DNA from: Camelus dromedarius
Taxonomy: Eukaryota
Reading direction: 5' to 3'
NCBI RefSeq assembly: GCF_036321535.1
Contig: NC_087436.1
Coordinates: 57,848,001-57,912,000, forward strand
Length of the DNA: 64,000 nucleotides
Within the stretch, counting starts at the first letter, position 1; the number at the start of each line of letters is the position of its first letter. The notes below the pieces were generated by a model. That model did not search any database, was not told where the DNA came from, and saw only the letters and a program-made list of their open reading frames with translations. The translations under genes and the position numbers were made by a program. Below are positions 53,631 through 64,000 of the stretch, piece by piece.

Positions 53631-56384
53631 CATGTTTTAATAAATGTGCTTTATGAAACTCCAAGAGAAGATGTTTAGAATGTAAGACTATTCCAAATGA
53701 ATTTGACCACAGAAACCATTTCCACTACAAATCTCATGGGATTAGCAATTCTTGGGAGATACAGACTAGAATCAATTTAATTTAGTCACACATTTCCAAG
53801 AGTTCTAAATTTTTATTGAAGCACCATGAGGAATATTTAAATTTTAAAAGCATAGTTTTATAATAGTTCTATAGGGAATGCAACTAACAAAGGAAATTTT
53901 CCCCAGAACACAGAAAAACAAAAATTGAATTACCATATCTTACGTAAAACTCAAAGGTATATGTAATAGTTGTGATCAAATAGTAATACTTGTTCTTTCC
54001 TTTAATGTTTTTCTCCATTTCTAATTAAACAAAATAAGACAAAACCAAACCAAACCACTATCCTTCCTCCAATAAAGTTCAAAAGGGAGTATATCACGTA
54101 TAAAGTTTATAATGCATAGAAGATTTTTAGCAAGGAGTTCCTGGATTTATAGTACAAACTCTACATCCAGTTTCCTAAGTGTCACACACCAGTAAACCGT
54201 ACTACCACACAGTTCTGCTAAAAAACACAGTGAAATTAAACACTATAATTCTCAGAAATGCAGAGTGACAATGCAAAGTTGCAGACTTCTTAAGATACAC
54301 TAAACATGTACCTGACTTTGTTTTGTTTTTTGTTTTTAGCTGATCTGGTTTTCGATTTTCTTCTCACTAGAAGAACTAAAGCCACAGTATCAAGAGGCAC
54401 TGGAGTATCATTTGTGCAGATTCCATTTTTAAATACCAAATATATCCAGCAGATGGCATCAGTAATCTCTCATGCTGGTAGTGGGCAGCAAGAAGATACT
54501 CTGAAAAGACTGTCTTGTTTGCGTTTCCCCTTGAGCTCAGCATGGATCCCCAACTCTTCTGTTCTTATCCAAGCAGCCACTATCTGCCATCCCACTCTGT
54601 GCCTTTTGCTTTAGAATCTCTGCTCTGATCTTCCAGCTGGAAGACCACAAATACACTTTCATCCAAATCCTCTTGCCATTACTGCCAAAGTTATTTCATA
54701 AACGGATATGCTAGAATTATTGTTACTGCTGTGCAGTTGGGGCTTCCCACACCCCCTGGGAGATGGAAATATGCCACCGCTGAGATTTGGCCAACAGTAT
54801 GCTACCTGCTACGCCTTTTAATGTGGAAAGACGGGCACTAACGTAAGAAAACACAGAATCTGTGTTCATCATATGGCACAGATCCACCTTCCTGTGTGCT
54901 ATATTATTGAACAGAGATTGAACAGTGGTTAAAAGTAAATTCATGATTTCAAGACTTTGCCTGTTGAGGATGTAAATAAATATTTGACAGTTGTTTCCAG
55001 TGCAAGTGATCACGGTGTTGTTGTTTTAATTCTTTGTGAGTTTCTGCTTCCACTGAGATTCTTTTCGATGTCAGCTCTAGTGATTAAAGGTACATTATCC
55101 CCAAACAATTAGGAAAAGCAGTGTTTGTTGAAGGACCACTCATCCCTTGCCTTGCCTGTTTTATTATATTCTAATCTGTTAACTTTTAGCACAAGAAAGG
55201 AATGACATTAAAATATTTCTTTATTTTAAAAAAAGCTAAATGACCCTTGGCAGAGTAAATTAATTCTTAAGAATATCTGGCAAAAAAGATGAATGTAAGT
55301 TATTACTTGGATTTTGATCAGGGCTTAAAATGATTGTTTGGGGACACATTGGAACTTAATTGCTGGGATTTATGCAATAAGACTTTCTTACTATCTTGAA
55401 GCAAATAAAGAAAAAGAATCTTACAGAGAAGTCTACTGATCACATCAAAAGACAACACACAGGCCCGTCACAACTGTGAGCTTTCATGCCTTTGCTCTGT
55501 TCCTTTTGATCTCTTCTCTATCCTCTCCCTGACAAAGTAGTTCTCAAAATTCAAAGACTGAAGCGAACGCCAAATCCTTCCCCACTCTTACCTCCCCAAC
55601 CCCAGGCAGTATTGCCCCCCCTTTCTGCACTCTCTAACACTGCGAACAAACCTTTATTCCAGCCTTAATTAGTGTGTAGTTATGTAATTGGCTGTGAGGG
55701 CATTGTGTGTTTTATATTCCCCTTACTCCCTGTGCTTCAGCTGGACTGGTTTTCTTCCTGTCCTCAGTATAGTCCCACCTTTGCCATCACTTTGCCTCCT
55801 GCATTGCTCTTCCACCCCAGACATGCACACGGCCCCTCTTCCCTTCGTCTAGGTCCCTATCAAAATATTACTCCATCAGGCATGCCTGCTATGATGCCCA
55901 TCCTTGCCAGTCCCACACACTTAGCCCACATAAGACAAACACACACACACACACGTATTTCCTGTCTCTTTCTGTGCACATTAAAATATAAGCTTCACAG
56001 AAGGTGAGAATTTCATTTTGGTCACTGGTCTATACCCTTAGAATAATCAGTGAAAGATAGTAGGGTTTCAGTAAAGTTTGTTGCCAGGCACAAGGCAAAG
56101 TTTCACTAAATGCTGTTTGTGAAAAAAAGATAATTGTACAGCCTAAACACGTGCTTACACATCTGGGGATCCTGTGGATTTTATCCAGGACTAAACCATC
56201 TGATAAACTTGTATTGAAAGGAAGTCACTGGATGGAATTTAATTTTTAAAAATTAAATAATAAGAAAATGACCCAATTCACATTTTATCAACTAGGAGAT
56301 CTTAATTATTTACACGGTAATGAAGTGCAGAAATACCATATTTTAAATCTTCAAAGGTCAGATATCCTGGAATTTGGAGGCTAT

Positions 56385-56940
56385 GTGGTATTAAAAAAAG
56401 AACATTAAATTTGAATAACTGGGTTTGAGTTTAAATGCCAGGTCTTTTTATTAACAGTCAGATATGTTACTTACTCTCTCAGTTCCCTGATTATCTGAAT
56501 AACACTATTCTCACAGGTGTATAGTGAGGATGAAATGGATGAATGGATCTAAAGCACCTGTAACATTAAGTATCAAACGTGCTGATCTCTTTCCTTTGTT
56601 AGCCCTCTTTCCCTTCTTCACTTAGGTTGCTGCAGTAGTTTTGTTCATACTCACAGGTGAGTACAAGTGCATTTGATTCAGTAACTGTTAATCGAATGCT
56701 GCTTGTAGCACATCAATAATAATAATAAAAGCTAATATTAATTGAGTGCTTACTATGCGCCAGGCACCAGTGCTTTTATATATAGTAACTTATTTAATGC
56801 TCACGATATCCTTATGATGAGAGCTCTACATTTATGTCTGCCTTACATATGAAGACAACTGAAGTAAATCATCCAAATCATACAGCCAGGGGTGGAAGGA
56901 AGAATGAATAAGTAAATATCCTCTGTACTGATTTCATAGC
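56385..56940. mobile_element. Two MIRs (plus ~56385-56580, minus ~56715-56940)
   Basis: CTGGGTTTGAGT..CTCTCAGTTCCCT..GTGAGGATGAAATG; and ATTGAGTGCTTACTATGCGCCAGGCAC. Confidence 0.75.
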
Positions 56941-57259
56941 CCTCTTTCCCCAAGTTTCAGAAACTATTATGCTTTCCTCAAAGTTAAAATATCTACAGTT
57001 AAACTGGGTATTGCAGAACACTGTGTGGCATATGGATTTGAACTCCACTGTGTAACTTATTATTGCATCTACTATACACCTTTGAGAGAAAAGAATGAAC
57101 CATTGAAGAATCTGAGAAATGCAGGTGGTTTCATGTATCATTCTACACCATGACCATTTGTCTTAAAGTGGTGTAAGAAAACTTGTTTTTCTGTTAGTTG
57201 AGTCTTAGTTCTCACATTCTTTTCAGAATGTGAACAACTTGCTATGCTGATTAGCTGAT

Positions 57260-57262
<3 letters not shown>

Positions 57263-57292
<30 letters not shown>
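57263..57292 (+). repeat. (AC)15 microsatellite
   Basis: Direct reading. Confidence 0.95.
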
Positions 57293-57296
<4 letters not shown>

Positions 57297-59629
57297 TTGG
57301 CAGCTAATGCTTACTCAGAGAAAGAGTTATCTGTTCCTATTCTCTCATCAAAACAAAACTTCTGATTGTCGTCACAGGACAAAGGGCCAAAAGCTTCTAG
57401 GACAGAAAAATGGATAATGATTCCTGGGTATTGTAGCAATAAGGGATTAGGAACATTTCTGCAGTTAGTCAGTTAACCAGTTTATTACTACTGTTCTTTG
57501 TGTAAATTTGTCATACTCTGGGTTATCAACAGCTCATCACTGATGAAGCCACTATGATTACTGCTTATTAAAAGGCATTCCTAGTTCAATATTTCTGTTA
57601 TCCCTGGGCTTTTCCAGTATTTCACATGGACTCTGCTTTCTAAAATATCAATAATGATATAATGATAATGACAAGAACTTATTATCAATAATGATAGAAA
57701 ACGCTGATGATTCTAGAATCAAAAGACTTCACAGGAGAAAATATAAGGTACTTAAGAAACATCTTAATAATTTTGATACTCAAAGTATCCAAAAGAGAAA
57801 CAAAAGAAAAGAAAAATGTGAACTTCCGTGGCCATATTCCTGAAGTAATTGTGTTGATCATTCTCAAGATACTTAAGCTCACTGGAGATATGATCCTTGA
57901 ACTTTTTACAGAATCAAAACACCTTCAAGCTTCCTGATGTTTCTAAGTTTCTTTCATAGCTTTTTCCATTAAATAGTACACCTTGCAGCTGACTATAAAA
58001 ATGTTTGCAATGGTGTTGGACTTGACAATATGGACACTTTCCAGAATTCCAAGCAACTGACTATCCCGTCTGTGCTATTTCACTACAGTGAAATAGAAAC
58101 TATCTTTTTCTTACCACTGACAAATCACCTTATGGTGTTAGAACTGTGTTTAGTAACAAAATGTCAGTTGAAATGGAGGCACCAACTGCTAACTGCTCAA
58201 ACAAAATGTCATTTGTAGAACAGAATTACAAAGCTTGACAAAGGAACCTGGGCTATGATCGCATGGTGCACGATTATTCAAAAATACCTTACACATTTTA
58301 GAATTTTCACTGATCTTAAATCTCTTGATAAATTTTTTCAAGTTTTTTTAAAAAATTGTTTATATGTATGCTTACCTGTCTGTGTTTACACTGCACAATT
58401 TCTACAAAACAACTACTGTTACCCTGAATGCTGTTTAGATGTCTGAGAAGACACTGTTCCTCCTTCCCTAGAAATGGATCACACAGCTGTGTGGCTTAGT
58501 GTCACTGCAAAATCATGGCTTCTAACCTTTACCAGACACTTGATTCTAACCAGCAATTCTTTTGCCTGTATGTATCATTCGTTTTGCTCCTTCCCATTTC
58601 CCATGGCAGTGACGTTCAACCTTCAGACAGTTCTCCTGGTCCATTTTCCTAACAACTTCACAAGTAGCTGTTTCCTACTTTAAATAACAATAAAGACAGA
58701 CCAATGGGTAGCGTAGATATGGTTTCAAGCCCTCAAATTTCTGTCCCTCTAAATTCAAAAGCAAAGCAAGCAAACAAAATCCTTATTTGAATAATAATAG
58801 CTAACACTTCAGGGTTTGTATTTTGCCCATGAAGCAGCAGTAAACACTGTAGTGCCTTGTAGTGCCATTCATCAGTTAGGTCTCATAACAACCCTGCGAA
58901 GGTAGTTGCTATTACTTGCCCCATTTTTACAAAGGAATACACACCATTTTAACTTCATTGCTCTCCTCTCTTCACAGTAAAATAGGCACTCTTTCTCCAA
59001 AAAAAGGGACTAATCACTTCAATAGAACTTTGAGTCCCTTTCTTCCTTCCTCCTTAGGGAGTCTGCAGCCTCTGCAGGGTACCTGTAGGATACCTGTAGT
59101 GTGCAGGTATCCATACTCTCACACCTTCCATCTCTCCATTTATCACCCATAGGACTCCATATTTCCCAGCACCTAACACATGACCTCTCCACCGACTTGT
59201 ATAGACAATCTCAAACATTGCCTATGATTGGTTCTATTTTTTCACACCTCCCATTCACATCTCAATCATTCTGGCTTCTATCCACAGCTCCTCTTCCCCC
59301 AAAGCCTCTTCATTTGGCTGGCCTCTAAGTGCCTTTCAAGATTCCCCTTCGTCACGATTATCAGCATCACCTCTAAGAAGTCCTCCATGGTCACTACACT
59401 CTCTCCTCTATAAATTCCTCTTACAAATGTAGGTATCTAGTTATATTTTAATTATCTTTTTATCTGTTTACTTTTCCACTACGCTGAAATCTTCTTGAGG
59501 CGGGGATGGTGCTTTATCTATGTTTACATTCCCAGCCACTAACTCTGAGCACGTATCTTGATAGACATTAAATAATTATTGTGAACTGGGTGAGGATTAT
59601 CATGTTAGAGGGTTTCTTTGCCTCCCAGC

Positions 59630-60100
59630 CCCTCAGCCCATGTGAGCTGCCTTGCAACTGTAGGTGAAAACAGTTTCCAGCATATTGACATGTCCCATCT
59701 TAAGAGCTTGTGTCACTTCTTTTCTCTGCCTTGGGACTTTCTCCAGCTTACTCGGCTGCATACGAGCATAACCTAGATGCGGGGGTAGGTTAGTGTCACT
59801 GCAGGTCAGTTCTCAACCAACGTGGATGGGAGGATGTAGAAAAAGGCTCCAGTCCCTACCTCCCAGTGGGGTGCCTCTGAGCTATATTCCACACACAGTT
59901 TCTCAGGTTTGCTGAAGGACTGAGCCTCATTTGCCCACTTTTGTAATCCATTCTTCGTAACACATTCTTGACTGGCTTTTCTCTTTACTGTCTCATGTTC
60001 ATCACTTCCTCACTTGCGCTTTTTTGGGAATAACTCCCTAATAAACCATCTGCACCCAAGCCCTTGTCTCAGGATCTGTACCAGGAACTCCAACTAAGTC
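59630..60100 (+). mobile_element. ERVL-type solo LTR (LTR16-like)
   Basis: 3' end GGGAATAACTCCCTAATAAACCATCTGCACCCAAGCCCTTGTCTCAGGATCTG..AACTAAG matches the LTR16-family terminus pattern. Confidence 0.7.
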
Positions 60101-60304
60101 TGCCTTCCTACAGAAAACACACAATTTACTCCACATGAATAGGGAATAGTTCCTCTAGTTAAAGCGAAGCAATTCCTGAGATGTAGAAAAGTTCTCGAGA
60201 AATTAAAATTATGCACAATCTGTCCATAGAAGCTATCTTTCTGTAACAGACTGTCGAGACACTCTCATAATCACTGTGTACAGTGTATTTGAGGCTTCTT
60301 TACC

Positions 60305-60488
60305 TTGGTGATTCTCAATATTAGTACAAATTAGAATCACCCAGAGGGCTTTTTAAACAGATTGTTGGGCCTACTCCAATAGTTTCTGATTGTGAATGTT
60401 GGTCATGAAGTCTGAGAATTTGCATTTCTAACAAGTTTGCAGTTGGTACTTACGGCACAGGTTTAGTGAATCATTTTGAGATCCACTG
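60305..60488. mobile_element. MER5A-like hAT-Charlie element
   Basis: TTAGAATCACC..GGGCCTACTCC..AGTTTCTGATT..CTGAGAATTTGCATTTCTAACAAGTT..TTTGAGATCCACTG. Confidence 0.85.
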
Positions 60489-63119
60489 CTTTATAAAAGT
60501 CCTGGTCAGGGACTGGGCGTGATGACTTGGCATTGATTCTACATCCATTCAATTAATTTAACAAAACCATTCAAACTTTTTGAGCACCTGAAATATGCTA
60601 GCCGCAGTGCTAAGACTGGAGTTGTTCCACTGAGCAAGACAGACCTGGTCTTTGTTCTAAGTGAGATTTCAGCCTAGCCCCAGTAAATGCTTATTAGAAA
60701 TATGAAAAGTACAATAGTGCCTGCCAGTGTACATGTAACATTCCAGCACAAGTAACTAAGGCCTTACCCCTAATGCATAGAAGAAAAGACAAAAGAATAG
60801 AGTAATTTTAAGCCTATTGCTTAAAAATAGTTTCTAATTTGAAGTAAACTTCTTTACACATATTAAATTGTTGCTATTTATACCCCTAATCCTTCTGGCA
60901 CGAATCATACCTTTACATAAATTATTCAGATCACACAATTTTCCGTTTGTACTGATGGGTTATTATTTACAAGAACTGAATTTTGGAGGTAGGTAAACAT
61001 TATTTTTATCTTACTATTGTGGGTTTTTCTTTTTTTCCCCCCATCTCCAACTGATAAGGTCAGCCTTGAACTCTGGCTACCAATTAGATCCTTTAGATCC
61101 TGAAATAATAGCTGGATTTGCCTGTTCTTTATCTCTTATATGCTCTTTCAGGTTCAACAGTAAGAATCAGTTTTGCTGAGATGTTAAGTAAATGATGTGT
61201 CAAGGCTTGTTTTCACTAACTCCAGGCAGATAAAGAGAAAGGAAAAAAAATCCTCTTAAGATTACTGTATATATTTCTGCTCTTTAGTCAGTTTTTCTTT
61301 TGAGAGTTATTTTTCATCAGGAATTATACAATGGGACTAAGGTGTGTTTCTGTCACTAGCACTGAAGCCATAAATGCTGTGTGGCACAACTGTGGATTAT
61401 AATTCGAGGAGTGGCCTGGGTATATGTGCCAGGACTTCCCTGGTCCCTTTTAAAGAGTTACAAACTGATTCTGAATCTCCCACATGCTTCACAGTTTACT
61501 TAAATACTCAGCACTGTTTCACAGGATGGTCTCATATTTAGCCTAATTTCACAGTTTACTCAGGTCAGAATGAAAAAGTCAGACAGCAAAGACAGATCTA
61601 TTAGATGATAATTCCCTGGTCTCCCTCAGACCCAAGAGATGCACTAATGGCTGCAATCTGAGAGCCACCTGTTCTCCTCTCCAGAGAAATTTGAAAACAG
61701 TCATAATGCAAGCTGGTTAACAAGCTTCAAAAGCCTTTCTTCTAAGAGGCCTTGAAGACATAAAGATTTCTTTCAGAGTTTTCTGACAGTACGTATTCTT
61801 GTGAGACTTAAGGACAAGAACATAGCTGAAGTAAATACCGTTCTCTGATCTGATCAACACAGTTGTTGAAATAGAGTGATCTGTTTTTTACTCGTATGAT
61901 TGTTTTGTTTTGCAAACACTGGTATAACATGGAGTTCTAAAATATATACATAAATGCCCCACTACAGACTAAGGATTATTGTCTAATGAAGAAAGGGCCT
62001 CTGGGAGTTTGGTTTAGCATGCTCATTCCTGCACACACGATTCACTCAGACCTGCAGTATGAGTTACAGTGAGGTTAGCTGAATGCTAGTAAGTTATGAC
62101 TCCAGTTTCTGTGTAGGTAAATTACTATTACTCTTTTCCAAAGTTATGGTTATATCCATAAGATACTAGCCCCAACAAAAAAAGTTGAACAGTAACCTAT
62201 CACCATCGAGTCTTCAAATGCAGAATACAAAGGGCAGAATATTGCTATTAGAGGTACTGTAGAAACATAAACAGAATGGTGAATGGTCAGGTAGCAATGG
62301 ATAGAAGGCATTCTGAGTATCATGAGCAAATTCTGGTTGGCATTTTCCAGAATACAATGGACGGAGATAAACTTTTACTGAAATATTATTAATAAATAAA
62401 GTATACTTAAAATGAACTTCGAATAAATGGAAAACTGAGACTGATATTTTTATGTAAATAGTTACATACACTTTGATACAAAGAACTGATATGCCAGGAC
62501 AGATTGGGTTTAGACAGAAGCAGCTGGGGACACACAGAGGACAATTAACCAAATCTGCTTCTGACAAAAAGAAAAATCTGAATAATATTTTTATAGTTAT
62601 TTTTTAAATAAGATTTTTAAAAGCTATCCTTAAAGGTGAGAGACTGAAGATTAAGGATAACTACAATACACATAATTTATTATTTGTAAAAACATTCATA
62701 AATATATTTAAAGAGAATTTGTTAACAATTAAATATTACATATTAAAAAATCATCGCATGAGCTCAATTATACTCAACAAATTGATGTTTGTAATTATGA
62801 AGGCTATAGTAAAAGTCTCTATCTCAACATTTGAGAAGTAGGTGTTTGCTAATACAGTTAAGATTCTGGTGTACAGAGTGGGAAGAAGCAGATAAGCACT
62901 ATTTCTTACTAAGTGACCTATAAAAACGAGTGAATTCTTTCTAGAATTTTTTTTTTTTTGGTCATAGAATAAAACCATTAAATGATTATAAAGATTCTCC
63001 TCAGTTTCAACCTGCTTTTCTTAAAAATCAGAGTAAAAACCTCCACTTAAAATAAAATATGTCCTCTTTAATCCCTCTAATTTTCTTAAACTTCATCTAG
63101 CATATATATAGTTTAAAAA

Positions 63120-63270
63120 AACATAGTTCACAGAGAACTATATTCAGTGGCTTGTAGTAACCTGTAATGAAAAAGAATATGTACATATATATGCATAACT
63201 GAATCACTCTGCTGTTCATTGGAAACTAATACAACACTGTAAGGCAGCTATACTTCAGTTAAAAATGGAA
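63120..63270 (+). mobile_element. L1 3' end fragment (cetartiodactyl-type tail)
   Basis: ACAGAGAACTATATTCAG..GTAACCTGTAATGAAAAAGAATAT..ATAACTGAATCACTCTGCTG..GAAACTAATACAACACTGTAA..CTATACTTCA plus an A run. Confidence 0.85.
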
Positions 63271-64000
63271 AAAATACATAGTCAACTATCTTTATTTGAT
63301 TTTTTTGATACTTAGAGTTATATTAAGAGATAATAAAATCTAAGATTAATTTCCAGATAACTATTTTTCAAATTAGTTTGTAATTTTTCTGATTTGTCTT
63401 AATAAAAATCAAAATCAATTTGCAAAAGAATTTTGAATTATATTGTATATATACTTGAAAACTATGTGTTTTTTTTTTTTTTCACTTAAAGCTTTGTGAT
63501 AAATATCTCTACAAATTAAAGGAAAAATTAGGTCAAAGACTTAAAATATCCAATAAGAATTGTGACTAAAACAATAACAGGAAAGAGAAAGAATTAGGTC
63601 AAAGGATGATCTAGCTTTATAGCTAGAACATTGTATCATTCTGCTAAGTAGTGAAATTTTTCTCTGTCCTAATTATATTTGTAAAAATGCATACTAATGG
63701 GAAAATCCATCTCTTTAGCTTTGAATATAACTTTAAGAAAACTAATATAACTAAATAATAATAATACAACTAAATAAACAACTAAATATAACTAAAAGAA
63801 AACATTTCAAATGGAAAAATGTTCTTGGGAGACAGGCAAAGGACATTTTTAGGGTTGAGAATTACAGATATAATTCAAAACATGGAATATCTCAAACATT
63901 TGTTGTTTGAAATCCAACCTATGATTGAAATTGTCAGGTGGTTCATCAAAATGTCAAGGGCTATCCAATCTGCAAAATTTCTGAATGGAGTTGAGGAGAC

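Noticed and set aside
59088..59112. Hairpin GGATACCTG-N7-CAGGTATCC
   Set aside because: Only a 9-bp stem, too short for a pre-miRNA, and it arises within a local TACCTGTAG duplication.
61432..61445. GGACTTCCCTGGT, resembling the start of a CHR/Bov-tA SINE
   Set aside because: The similarity does not continue into a tRNA-derived body.
63740..63800. AACTAAATA-like short repeats
   Set aside because: Degenerate low-complexity AT repeat with no spacer structure. Not CRISPR-like or otherwise informative.

Overview
AT-rich mammalian genomic DNA. The L1 3' tails look cetartiodactyl-type, and I saw no Alu, B1, Bov-tA or PRE-1 SINEs. The whole window lies inside GRID2 (glutamate receptor delta-2) on the minus strand: four coding exons (equivalent to human exons 5-8, 510 nt/170 aa of the amino-terminal domain) separated by long introns rich in MIR, L2, CR1, L1, LTR and hAT relics. 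Two inserts stand out. (1) An intronless, disabled MCM4 retrocopy at about 27.8-31.0 kb. (2) A heavily decayed ~1.7 kb minus-strand sequence at about 8.66-10.36 kb, not evident from the ORF track, whose frameshifted translation is collinear from N- to C-terminus with the filovirus (Ebola/Marburg) nucleoprotein, including the filovirus NP C-terminal domain. This is a candidate endogenous filovirus-like NP element. All alignments were done by eye against reference proteins recalled from memory and need database confirmation. Repeat boundaries and subfamily names are approximate.
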